Below the pieces are notes generated by a model. That model worked only from the letters and a program-made list of their open reading frames with translations. It did no database searches and had not been told where the DNA came from. From positions 296,644 to 360,643 of IMG/VR virus record IMGVR_UViG_3300045988_174371: a stretch of DNA of 64,000 nt, one strand, 5' to 3'. The translations under genes and the position numbers were made by a program. Shown one piece after another: positions 9,143 through 18,236 of the stretch (its first letter is position 1; every line of letters begins with the position of its first letter). Source of the DNA: a virus.

Positions 9143-9928
9143 TTACCCCAAGCTTGCAGACAATTGCAAGTCACGAGACTCACTTTCCCGTATGACATGC
9201 ATCACACCAGCCCAGTCAAGCCTGAAAGTCTCTACAGTACATAGCAAACTGTCAAGAGGAATCGGATAGAAGTAAGCCATACAGCACCTCAGGAACTCTG
9301 CTACCAGCGGCAAATCGGCGTTAAGGCAGATGTCGAATAGGTCACGGTTCTCGCCCTCAGCGATGGGTAGGAGCCAGTCGGTTGAGGTGCTCAGGAAGTC
9401 CTCGATAACTTTTCGAGCATGTCCTTCAGGCGTATCCGCCTGCAAGTCCACTTCCTTATTCTTAATAACCTCAACGTCCCCGAAGTCTGCGCCATTCACT
9501 TTAGGGATGACATACAGTTGCAGGAAGTTGTAGATAGGGTTGGAAATCTCTGGTGATAGCAGGAGCGCCCGAGCGTCCGCAGGAACATTCCAGCCCGTAG
9601 CGTCGATAGTTGCCGCCGCTTTCCCAGAAACACCATCGCCCTTTACCGTGGTACCCTCCGCATCATCTCCCTCAGAGTCACCTGTAGTCGTGATACCAGC
9701 TTCCGCTAGGATGTTAGCGAGTGTAAAGTCCTCCTCTGAGGGGATGTACCCCTCAGGTCGGGCGCGCCACAAGAAAATGCCTGTAACATCGAGCACTCTA
9801 TGCCCCGAACTCTCAGCGGAATCTGAAACCGGAGTCATATTCACGATAGGGATACCAGCCAAATACTGAAAGTCCAGACCAGGCTCTTCGGGCTTCGTCG
9901 GACTCAAAGGAGTTGAGTGATTACTCAT
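9143..9928 (-). CDS. hypothetical acidic protein
   Basis: ORF-track ORF. Its ATG overlaps the upstream stop (TAATG), suggesting translational coupling. Confidence 0.6.
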   Translation of the reverse strand: MSNHSTPLSPTKPEEPGLDFQYLAGIPIVNMTPVSDSAESSGHRVLDVTGIFLWRARPEGYIPSEEDFTLANILAEAGITTTGDSEGDDAEGTTVKGDGVSGKAAATIDATGWNVPADARALLLSPEISNPIYNFLQLYVIPKVNGADFGDVEVIKNKEVDLQADTPEGHARKVIEDFLSTSTDWLLPIAEGENRDLFDICLNADLPLVAEFLRCCMAYFYPIPLDSLLCTVETFRLDWAGVMHVIRESESRDLQLSASLG

Positions 9929-10218
9929 TAGAAGGGTGCCTCCTGACGCGCATCAACTAGACCAGCCACATATGAAAGCGCCTCTACAGGGGTAGGAGCC
10001 CGGTTAAGGTTCCTTGAATAAGCGATAGCTTCCACAGCAAGCGCCTCAGCTGGAGTGCCAGAATAATTCCTGCTCCTATATAGCTTCTGCGCCACAGCGG
10101 TCAATGCACCACTCTCATCGGCATTCAGGCGAGCCTGCCAGAACCCCACGGTGAGGGTGGTCATCGGGACACGCCGCAAAGCACCTTGTGTACGGCGAGA
10201 AAACTTATGATAAGCCAT
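9928..10218 (-). CDS. hypothetical protein
   Basis: ATG at 10218 (MAYHKF...) preceded by GGAGGA. The longer ORF-track start lies upstream of the promoter motif. Confidence 0.55.
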   Translation of the reverse strand: MAYHKFSRRTQGALRRVPMTTLTVGFWQARLNADESGALTAVAQKLYRSRNYSGTPAEALAVEAIAYSRNLNRAPTPVEALSYVAGLVDARQEAPF

Positions 10219-10258
10219 ACATCCTCCAAAGGTAGTAGCGAACCTATTAGCACTAAAC

Positions 10259-10267
10259 ATGGTACCA
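10259..10267 (-). promoter_or_regulatory. extended -10 promoter TGGTACCAT
   Basis: Motif family member about 40 nt upstream of the start at 10218. Confidence 0.45.
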
Positions 10268-10318
10268 CTAAACCCACACCCACGCACCTTAACCGGAAAC
10301 ACCTGAGACAAAAAGGAT

Positions 10319-10351
10319 GGGGAACCTAAGCGTGAAAACCTTAGGTTCCCC
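10319..10351 (-). terminator. hairpin ggggaacctaag/cttaggttcccc
   Basis: 12-bp stem 45 nt after the stop at 10396. Confidence 0.65.
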
Positions 10352-10395
10352 ATCCTGTAGTGCCCCTATTCGCTGGCTAGGAGCATCGTCCGAAA

Positions 10396-11826
10396 TTACC
10401 AGACTCGAAGCTTATCGCCGTACCTGTTCTTATCAGAGATTGGCTGAACGTTAAGCGTCTGGTCTTCCATCTCGTAGCGGCGCAACACGTTCTGAATAGC
10501 ATACTCAGAAGTGGTAGCCTGGAAAGCAGTTGCCCTGCTACCGTCAGGGTCACTCAACCTGTCCATCGGCGTAAGGTTCTCACGTATCTGAACCATCAGC
10601 CCCTTCTTATCGTCTACAACGACGTAAGTCTCACGAGTGCCATCCTTATCTGGAGCATTACCAATAATAAGGTTGCCCTTCTCAGCGTCCTCAATCTTCA
10701 CAGACTCAGTGTTCCAGTTCACACGCCTAGATGCCACAGGGTTATGCTCCGTGAGCCTCGGCTCAAACGCGCCCGCGAACTCATCAGCCTGCGCCGTAAT
10801 CATATCGCGCTTACGTCGAGCACTATTCATGATGGATACACGAGTTTCCGGCGAAACGTCAGGGTGCTCACTAAGGATACGCTTCATGTCCTCAGCCTCA
10901 TTGTACTGTTTCACCGGCTCACGCTTAGAAGCCTTAAACTCCTTCGCGTTAGCGTCAAACTCCACCTTACCAGCATCAATCTGCTCCTTGAGGTACTTCC
11001 TCACCTCACGCTTGAGCGCACCTTCGTTACCTGCCTTGAGCGCATTACTGGACTTACTGATGGCGGGCATACCGAACTGCTTGCGGGCAACCTCATAAAG
11101 CTTCCCGGCGTCCATAGAGTCCACACCATCCGCAAGCTCCCTATTGCGGCGAGACTGCTCAGTTAGAGCACTCTCACGTTCCTTAAGGTAGTTCGTCACA
11201 TTATCAAACATCTCCCCATAGGTTCCACTACCTTCATAGGTGCTCACAATACCAGGGTCAGCAGAGCTACGCCCAGCACGGAAATGACCGCCGTTATCGA
11301 GTGCCGCATACTCGTATAGCTCATCCTCATTAGAGTAAACGCGGGCACCGCCTGAGTGAAGCAGGTTCGTACCATCAAGGTCATGCATCGCACCAGTCTT
11401 CAGGTTCACATGACCCCACAACGCCCCATTAGGCGCACGCAGGGAACCGTCTTCCCCAATCTTGTAAACGAGAGCGTCTTGGTCGTTTAGCATGACGTAA
11501 GCGCCAGGCTTGACCTTTGCCTTCAACTTCGCGCCAGCTTCCTTGTGGTAAGCCTTCACAGCTGGCGAAGAATCATGCAGATAGAAGTTCTTACTGATAG
11601 GTGAATTTTTCAGCTGGTCAAGGCTGGAAGTATTGGACTTAATACTTGCCTTAATATCCTCCAGCTTCGCCGGGCCACTCTTTCGCGCCGCCTCATGCTT
11701 TGCATTAGTCGCATCCTTAAGCGCATCACCATACTTCTCAGCGTACAGCTGGTGACGCAACTTATTCAGCTCAACCTCCGGGTTCAACCCAAGCTTGGAC
11801 AGCTCATCAGGCGACACATCCCCCAT
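10396..11826 (-). CDS. family-A paralogue, C-terminal fragment (frame stays open upstream to 11961)
   Basis: Aligns with the C-terminal ~480 aa of the 13016, 15721 and 18237 proteins (PGAYVMLN.QDA.VY, FAGAFEP.LTE.NP..RR, terminal LRVW). Confidence 0.6.
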   Translation of the reverse strand: MGDVSPDELSKLGLNPEVELNKLRHQLYAEKYGDALKDATNAKHEAARKSGPAKLEDIKASIKSNTSSLDQLKNSPISKNFYLHDSSPAVKAYHKEAGAKLKAKVKPGAYVMLNDQDALVYKIGEDGSLRAPNGALWGHVNLKTGAMHDLDGTNLLHSGGARVYSNEDELYEYAALDNGGHFRAGRSSADPGIVSTYEGSGTYGEMFDNVTNYLKERESALTEQSRRNRELADGVDSMDAGKLYEVARKQFGMPAISKSSNALKAGNEGALKREVRKYLKEQIDAGKVEFDANAKEFKASKREPVKQYNEAEDMKRILSEHPDVSPETRVSIMNSARRKRDMITAQADEFAGAFEPRLTEHNPVASRRVNWNTESVKIEDAEKGNLIIGNAPDKDGTRETYVVVDDKKGLMVQIRENLTPMDRLSDPDGSRATAFQATTSEYAIQNVLRRYEMEDQTLNVQPISDKNRYGDKLRVW

Positions 11827-12908
11827 GTAACGCCCCCAAGCCTCACTACTATCAATGCCGTCATTGTGAATGACATCTGCGTTGATATGGTTATAAGCCG
11901 CCTTACGGAAGTATGGGTTAGAGTCCCCGGATACTGAATCATCATATTCTGCATAATTGCGTCATTGACTTGGTTGCCATCTTCACCGTAGTCAGTGATA
12001 GAACGCCAAGCGCGAGTATCGCGCTCACCAGCAACACCATCATACGCCGCGTCAGCCGCCTCATTAAGGAGCTTAAACTCATCCTCATAGTTAGAGGCAA
12101 TAGTCCGCTCCTCAACGTTCAGTTGGTCAGTCTGACCTGTGCGCATAGCCGTCAAAGCTACCCCAAAGTTATGGTACTCACCTTCCAGAGCCTTGTAGTA
12201 ATCGCCGCCCCTGTCCCCATAAGAGTAAGAGTACCCTTGCCTGTCCAATGCAGGCGGAAGCTCCTCAAAGTCGCTCCTAGCAGACATCTTGTAGGTACTG
12301 AGAACTTCCTGGAACTTAGCGAAACCCTCTTCCGTTTCCAGGTCAATGTCTTCCGGCTTAGACCTTTGAACCAGCGGGTGCGTCTCACCTGTCAAAGAGT
12401 CTCGCAATGAAGCCTCTCGCTTAGCCATAAATTCGCCAACAGCTTCACTCATTGACGCGGGAGGCTCATAATCCTCATAATCATCGTCATCCTCCAGGTC
12501 ACCCAAATTAGCGCTCAGCGCTTCTCGAAGTTCCTTCAACCCATCAGACTCAGCCTCAACGGTAGGTTCCTCTGCTACGACATCCTTACCTACGTTCTCG
12601 CGGGCGTACTTCGGGTCAGTCGGCTCACCAGCCAGTAGGTGAGCAATATCTTCAGGGAAGCCCATTTCAACCGCTTCATCGAACGGAATTTTCGACTCGC
12701 CCATAGCCTGAACGTGAATCTGGTACCCTTCCCTTAGGGTGGGTTCAAGAGACTGGAAAGCATTAGAAACTTCTTCCAAGTAGTTGTGCGCTTCCGAAGG
12801 GTCTGCGAAGTGGTTACCGTAAGGGCAACGTCCCTTATCGGCGCGGCATGTACCGCTGGTGAGTTCACCCTTCTTATTGAAACCTACGTGAGTTTTCTGT
12901 GCTGTCAT
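11784..12908 (-). CDS. family-A paralogue, N-terminal fragment
   Basis: MTAQKTHVGFNKKGELTSGTCRADKGRCPYGNHF. Homology to the paralogues ends near ...VNDAIMQNMM; the last ~50 codons are out-of-frame read-through. Confidence 0.6.
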   Translation of the reverse strand: MTAQKTHVGFNKKGELTSGTCRADKGRCPYGNHFADPSEAHNYLEEVSNAFQSLEPTLREGYQIHVQAMGESKIPFDEAVEMGFPEDIAHLLAGEPTDPKYARENVGKDVVAEEPTVEAESDGLKELREALSANLGDLEDDDDYEDYEPPASMSEAVGEFMAKREASLRDSLTGETHPLVQRSKPEDIDLETEEGFAKFQEVLSTYKMSARSDFEELPPALDRQGYSYSYGDRGGDYYKALEGEYHNFGVALTAMRTGQTDQLNVEERTIASNYEDEFKLLNEAADAAYDGVAGERDTRAWRSITDYGEDGNQVNDAIMQNMMIQYPGTLTHTSVRRLITISTQMSFTMTALIVVRLGGVTWGMCRLMSCPSLG

Positions 12909-12941
12909 ATTAGTTATCTATCCTTTTCATTGTTTCAAGTG

Positions 12942-12987
12942 TGCGGTGTGCGCCATGTAAGCAATAAGCCACATGGCGCACACCGCA
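12942..12987 (-). terminator. 17-bp hairpin tgcggtgtgcgccatgt/acatggcgcacaccgca
   Basis: Between the stop at 13016 and the start at 12908. Confidence 0.6.
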
Positions 12988-13015
12988 TATTGCCCTCTAT
13001 CGGGCGAAAAATGTC

Positions 13016-15544
13016 TTACCAGAGAATAAGGTCGTAATCGTTATCACTCTCGTAAGGCATATCCAGGACTTCAAGGCTAGTATCGCCCATCTTGTAGCGG
13101 TTAAGGATGTCAGTGACCGCATAGTCGGAAGTCATAGACTGATGGCTATCAGGAACCAATAGACCCTTAGAGTCGCTAGTGCTCTTCGCGTTCCTATGCT
13201 GTGAAGTGACCGTATGGAGAGGCACCATGCGCCCCTTCTCGCGGTCTACCACAACAAACGTAGGATGCTGGTCTTTCTCCTTATCCACTGAGTTGAACAG
13301 AATGTCGCCAGTTCGAGCATACTTAGGTGCCACACGCTTATTGTCCCAGACCCTACGCCTATGGGCGGATGGGTTGTTCTCAGTGAGCTTAGGCTCAAAA
13401 GCTCCCGCAAACTCATCGCCCTGCGTGGTGACACGGTTACGTGAACGCCTTGCCGCATTGATGATAGACATCTTCGTGGCTACAGGGGTGGTAGTGCCCA
13501 ACAAATCAACAAGAGACTTCTTAGGCTTGTAGTCACTCAACGGCTTACGGTTAGCCTTGACGATACTGCCAGTCTTCGGGTTGTACTTAGCCTTACCGTC
13601 ATTAAACTGCTTCTCCAAGAAATCCTGAACCATGATTTCTTTCTTAAACTGCCCCTCAGCACTATTGTCATCAGCAAGTTCCTTGTCGAAGGCGGGCATC
13701 CCAAACCTTGACGTAGCAACCTTGTACAGCTCGCTAGTGTCCTTGCCGCTAATTGCAGTGCTGTACTCCTGACGGATGGTTGAAGCATGGGCTAGAGCTT
13801 TCTCTTCACGCTTCAAATACTCCAGAGCACGCGCATATTTCTTCGCGTACTTCGGGTCGTCCTCGTAGCGGGAGCGGTAGCCAGGGTCGGAAGAAACAAT
13901 CTCATCGTCAGCCAATCCCGGACGGTCATCAAGCGCCGCATGGCTAATCAGCTCATTCTCATCAGCGTAAACAGTGACACCGCCACTATCTCGCGTAACG
14001 TTCCTACCGTGAGCGTTATACACCTTGCCCGACTTCGTATCCACGTAGCCCCACGTCTTACCATCAGGAGTAATGAGCGCGCCTTCATCGTCAATCTGGT
14101 ACACCTCAGCATCGTGCCCGTGAAGCATGACGTATGCGCCTGGCTTCAGCTTCTCCGCAACACGGCGACCTGACTCCTCATAATAATCGTTCGCAAGGAA
14201 ATTGTCGTCCCTATATGCGAATGGCTTCTCCAAGATGGAGCTATCTACTGACCTGGGGATGGTTCCGTAGGCTTCTATGTTCGCCTTAATCTCATCAACG
14301 TACAAGCCCTTAGCGGTCGCATTCGCGGACTTCTTCGCGCCTGCGTCCTTAGCGAGCATGTCAGTGTACTTATTGATGAACATGCGGTGACGGAACCTAT
14401 TCATCTCAATGTCTGGCTCGTACCCCATCTCAGTAGGAGCACTTCGCGGTATGCCGTAGGGTCCAATGACGCGATGCCAGTCAGCATCCCCTGCTACACC
14501 GTCATTGTGGATAAGGTCGCCGTTAATAGCTTCATCCGCCTGCCTGCGGAGCGACTTGTCTTCCCCTTTCATCTTCCTGAAAAGAGTGTCTTGGGTAATC
14601 AAGTCGTTAATTTCGTTGCCGAACTCGCCATAGTTTGCCATAGTCCTGAACGCTGGCGACCCTGGGAGATATATCCCCTGCGCATCATAGGCTTTACCAG
14701 CCTCATAATCAGTTTCAATATGGCTCAACAGGACATTGTTAATCATGTCTCGACGGGCTTTGTCGCGCTCATCCAGTCGCTCAAGGTTCCCGGTACGAAG
14801 AGCATTAACTGCTCCTGCGTACCTGTGAAGTTCCTTCTTCATCCGGTCACGGTCGCCGTTAGGGTCATGCCCCTCATAGATTGCGTCACGCAAGTAAGGG
14901 GACATTGCTTCAAACTCTTCCCCGTCCGAAAGCCTATAACTGTCCAGTACCTTACGGAAAAGGCGATACCCTTCATCTGTATCCAATTCAATCGGAACCA
15001 TAGGGTACCTATCATGGTCAATCCCTGCGGCACCTATCTCCTCTAGAAGTTTAGCCTTAGGGTTCGAGGCATCCACGGATGCTACCTTAGGTTCCTCCTG
15101 GGGGGGGGTGGGGGCGGCTTCTTTCGACTCAGGTTCAGCTCCCATAGGTGAGCCCTTAGGCTCCTCAACGGGTTCCTCCTTTACCTCTGACACCTCAGAG
15201 ACAGGCTCAGTGGGCTCAACGTCCTTGCCGACGTTCTCGCGCGCGTACTTCGGGTCAGTCGGCTCACCAGCCAGTAGGTGAGCAATATCTTCAGGGAAGC
15301 CCATTTCAACCGCTTCATCGAACGGAATTTTCGACTCGCCCATAGCCTGAACGTGAATCTGGTACCCTTCCCTTAGGGTGGGTTCAATGCTCTGGAATGC
15401 TAGTGAGACCTCCTCAAGGTAGTTATGGGCTTCGGCGGGGTCTGCGAAGTGGTTACCGTAAGGACAACGACCCTTCTCGGCGCGGCATGTACCGCTGGTG
15501 AGTTCACCCTTCTTGTTGAATCCTACGTGGGTTTTCTGTGCCAT
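13016..15544 (-). CDS. family-A large protein (N-terminal His/Cys module, conserved C-terminal region)
   Basis: ATG at 15544 gives MAQKTHVGFNKKGELTSGTCRAEKGRCPYGNHF. The ORF-track start at 15556 is TTG. Ends ...DYDLILW. Confidence 0.8.
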   Translation of the reverse strand: MAQKTHVGFNKKGELTSGTCRAEKGRCPYGNHFADPAEAHNYLEEVSLAFQSIEPTLREGYQIHVQAMGESKIPFDEAVEMGFPEDIAHLLAGEPTDPKYARENVGKDVEPTEPVSEVSEVKEEPVEEPKGSPMGAEPESKEAAPTPPQEEPKVASVDASNPKAKLLEEIGAAGIDHDRYPMVPIELDTDEGYRLFRKVLDSYRLSDGEEFEAMSPYLRDAIYEGHDPNGDRDRMKKELHRYAGAVNALRTGNLERLDERDKARRDMINNVLLSHIETDYEAGKAYDAQGIYLPGSPAFRTMANYGEFGNEINDLITQDTLFRKMKGEDKSLRRQADEAINGDLIHNDGVAGDADWHRVIGPYGIPRSAPTEMGYEPDIEMNRFRHRMFINKYTDMLAKDAGAKKSANATAKGLYVDEIKANIEAYGTIPRSVDSSILEKPFAYRDDNFLANDYYEESGRRVAEKLKPGAYVMLHGHDAEVYQIDDEGALITPDGKTWGYVDTKSGKVYNAHGRNVTRDSGGVTVYADENELISHAALDDRPGLADDEIVSSDPGYRSRYEDDPKYAKKYARALEYLKREEKALAHASTIRQEYSTAISGKDTSELYKVATSRFGMPAFDKELADDNSAEGQFKKEIMVQDFLEKQFNDGKAKYNPKTGSIVKANRKPLSDYKPKKSLVDLLGTTTPVATKMSIINAARRSRNRVTTQGDEFAGAFEPKLTENNPSAHRRRVWDNKRVAPKYARTGDILFNSVDKEKDQHPTFVVVDREKGRMVPLHTVTSQHRNAKSTSDSKGLLVPDSHQSMTSDYAVTDILNRYKMGDTSLEVLDMPYESDNDYDLILW

Positions 15545-15626
15545 AATGTTATCCAATCAAAAGATGCTTTTACTATGGTGTTTGTTATAGGCGGCTTATC
15601 GGTCGTTGATTTCCGCTTATAACACC

Positions 15627-15635
15627 TATATATCA
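15627..15635 (-). promoter_or_regulatory. extended -10 promoter TGATATATA
   Basis: Between the paralogues, preceded by the long inverted repeat ggggcgggtgcctca/tgaggcgcccacccc. Confidence 0.45.
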
Positions 15636-15720
15636 GGGGTGGGCGCCTCATTGCTGAATAGGAATCCCTACAGCACGTGTGAGGCACCCGCCCCTGGAAC
15701 TACATCCGTCACCTATCGCG

Positions 15721-18117
15721 CTACCATAGTTCCAAGTCGTCATTATCTTCAAAGGAGACGTTCTGCACGTTGAGGGATGAATCCTCTACCTGGTGGCGGT
15801 GTTCTATATTCTCAATCGTGTACTCAGAAGCCAGTGCGTTAATTCCGGTTGAGGTGGGGGTGGTGTCCAGCCTATCCACGGGTATCTTGTTGTTGCGGAT
15901 AGCCGCGATACTGCCTTTCTCCCTATCAACTACCACGTAGACATCGCGAGTGCCATCAGGTTTAGCTTTCTTACTGTAGAGCAGATTGCCGTTCTCGGCT
16001 TCACGCAGAGACATCTTCTTAGCGTTACCCCAATTCCTGCGCCTATGCGCCGATGGGTTACTCTCAGAGATTTTCTCCTCAAACATACCAGCAAATCGGT
16101 CTGCCTGAGAAGTGACCATATCGCGTTGCCGCCTTGCCGCATTAACAAGAGAAACCTTCACCTCAATAGGCAAAGACCCGTCTATCGTGTCATAGGGACT
16201 CCCTGTGGGGGCGAAGGACTCCACATTCGGTCGCTTCGCGGGAACGATAGTTTGCCTCTTAGATGAGTAGCGGATAGAGCCCTCGTCAATTTTCTTGTCC
16301 AAGTAATTGTGGAGAGCTCTCCTGCCTGGCTCGTCAAGCTTGCCTCTGAGCTTTGCTATGGGCGGCATCTCAAACCGCTCCACCGCAAGCTTATACATCG
16401 CATCAGGCGTAGGGTGCCCAGCTAGGAGGCTCTTCTCCCTATTGCGGGCGGCACGCTCCCTCGCGGCACGTTCTTTACGGCGGAAGAAGTTCAATACGCG
16501 CTTGAAGGGTCGCTTATACTTTGGCTCTTGCTCATACTTGCTGAAGCGCCCTGGGTCTGCCGAATCCTTACCTGCCTCGTCGTGAGGTGAATCGTCAAGA
16601 GCGGCGTACTGCATCAACTCTGCCTCATTCTCATATACGCGGGCACCACTTGTGGTGAACACTTCGTGACCGTCCTGCCCAATGATAACGCCGGTTTCGT
16701 AGTCCACTCGCCCCCATACACCACCACTGGTTGTTCGCAGGTTACCGTCCTCGTCCAGGCGGTACACTTCAGCGTCTTGCCCATTAAGCATCACAAAAGC
16801 GCCAGGCTTAAGCTTCTCACGGGTGCGCTTAACTGCTGACTGGTAGTACTCTTCGGAGATAACCCTCTTATCTTTACTTACGTAAGATGGTTCCCATTTA
16901 GGGGTTCCAGTGCTTTGGGGAGCCTTAGGGGTAGGCGGTTGGTTCTCAAGCATAGCTTGTTTCCTGAGGGCGGCTTCTTTCCTGAACTTGCTGTCTTGAA
17001 GCTCGCTCAGGTACATCCGTACAGCTCTAGAATGCTTTTCTGTAGCCATAGTGAGCTCAAGCTGTGCCTGTAGCTTCTCGTCACCGTCTTCCATCTTGCC
17101 GATAGCTTTAATGAGCTCATCGTAATTCGGCTTATGTGGGTCTTCTGGTGGTACCCCATATTTTGCCCGCAGTGCCGCCGCAAGGCGCTCACTCTGCCCC
17201 CTAACTGCTTCACGATGAATGAGTTTACCATTGATTGCCTTACGCGCCTCCAGGAACTCGCTATACGTATCGCCATTCGACATCTCCGCAAGCCTATCCT
17301 GAATAAGCCTGTCTTCCAGCTCATGACCATCTTCACCGTAATCAGTGACAAATTTCCACTTGTCATCATCATCGGTCTTCTTCACAGGTATGCCCTGCTC
17401 AGCGGATGCCTGCCTCATGACTTCCTTAAAGTACCTGGCGCGCGCAGTAAGCTCCACCACCCGCTCGGCATCAGCCGAAGAAATCTCGTCAGTCAAACCC
17501 AAACGCATCTTCGCCAAGGTCTTACCGAACCTACGGTATTCCTCAACGAAATTGTCCTTCTTCACGTCACCCTCACCCTCCAAGGTTTTAATGTCTTCGA
17601 GGATATACGGCGGAGGTGAGTCGAAATCTTCCGGCGCTGACACCTTATAGCCCCGCAAGATTGTGTACATCTTGCGGACATCATCAGGGTTATCCAAGTC
17701 CAGCTTAGGGGCTTTGCCGCTACCCTCCTGAAACTCGCTCTCGCTCTCCACAATGAGTGGCGCAGACTCACCCTTAACCTCTGCTTCGACGTACTCTCGG
17801 GCGTACTTCGGGTCGGTAGGCTCACCTGCAAGAAGCTTCGCAACCTCCTCAGGGAAACCCTTAGCTTCAGCAACTTCTAGAGGTATCTTACTGAATCCAC
17901 CTTCCTGCTTCGCCTGCTCATCGATATAGCCTTTAAGCTCCGGGGACAGAGAATTGACAAGCTCTGACGTGCGCTCTAGATAGTCATGAGCATCTGATGG
18001 GTCGGAAAAGTGGTTGCCGTAAGGGCAACGACCCTTCTTCGCGTCGCACTTACCGCTAGTGAGCTCACCCTTCTTATTGAACCCAACGTGAGTTTTGTTT
18101 TCCATAGTGTCTTCCAT
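15721..18117 (-). CDS. family-A large protein
   Basis: MEDTMENKTHVGFNKKGELTSGKCDAKKGRCPYGNHF (alternative ATG at 18105). Ends ...DDLELW. Confidence 0.8.
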   Translation of the reverse strand: MEDTMENKTHVGFNKKGELTSGKCDAKKGRCPYGNHFSDPSDAHDYLERTSELVNSLSPELKGYIDEQAKQEGGFSKIPLEVAEAKGFPEEVAKLLAGEPTDPKYAREYVEAEVKGESAPLIVESESEFQEGSGKAPKLDLDNPDDVRKMYTILRGYKVSAPEDFDSPPPYILEDIKTLEGEGDVKKDNFVEEYRRFGKTLAKMRLGLTDEISSADAERVVELTARARYFKEVMRQASAEQGIPVKKTDDDDKWKFVTDYGEDGHELEDRLIQDRLAEMSNGDTYSEFLEARKAINGKLIHREAVRGQSERLAAALRAKYGVPPEDPHKPNYDELIKAIGKMEDGDEKLQAQLELTMATEKHSRAVRMYLSELQDSKFRKEAALRKQAMLENQPPTPKAPQSTGTPKWEPSYVSKDKRVISEEYYQSAVKRTREKLKPGAFVMLNGQDAEVYRLDEDGNLRTTSGGVWGRVDYETGVIIGQDGHEVFTTSGARVYENEAELMQYAALDDSPHDEAGKDSADPGRFSKYEQEPKYKRPFKRVLNFFRRKERAARERAARNREKSLLAGHPTPDAMYKLAVERFEMPPIAKLRGKLDEPGRRALHNYLDKKIDEGSIRYSSKRQTIVPAKRPNVESFAPTGSPYDTIDGSLPIEVKVSLVNAARRQRDMVTSQADRFAGMFEEKISESNPSAHRRRNWGNAKKMSLREAENGNLLYSKKAKPDGTRDVYVVVDREKGSIAAIRNNKIPVDRLDTTPTSTGINALASEYTIENIEHRHQVEDSSLNVQNVSFEDNDDLELW

Positions 18118-18136
18118 CTTTCAACATGCATTTAGC

Positions 18137-18177
18137 AGTAGTGGGGGTGAAAGTCGAAAACCTTCACCCCCACTACT
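18137..18177 (-). terminator. hairpin agtagtgggggtgaa/ttcacccccactact
   Basis: 15-bp stem between paralogues, immediately downstream of a -10 motif. Either a terminator or a 5'-UTR hairpin. Confidence 0.5.
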
Positions 18178-18180
18178 AAC

Positions 18181-18191
18181 TATATATCGCA
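18181..18191 (-). promoter_or_regulatory. extended -10 promoter TGCGATATATA
   Basis: Motif directly upstream of the 18137-18177 hairpin and of the start at 18117. Confidence 0.4.
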
Positions 18192-18236
18192 TATAACCAG
18201 CGCTATGAAGCACCTACCAGTAAGGTTGTATGTATA

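Larger units (their letters stand above)
10396..12908 (-). pseudogene. family-A gene interrupted by a -1 frame change near 11925-11961
   Basis: The downstream frame reads ...AEYDDSVSGDSNPYFRKAAYNHINADVIHNDGI, which continues the paralogue alignment. No X_XXY_YYZ slippery site seen. Confidence 0.5.

Noticed and set aside
11784-11961. Programmed -1 ribosomal frameshift joining the two halves of the first family-A gene
   Set aside because: There is no X_XXY_YYZ slippery heptamer or obvious downstream pseudoknot in the overlap. The four paralogues are single ORFs. A mutation or sequencing error is more likely.
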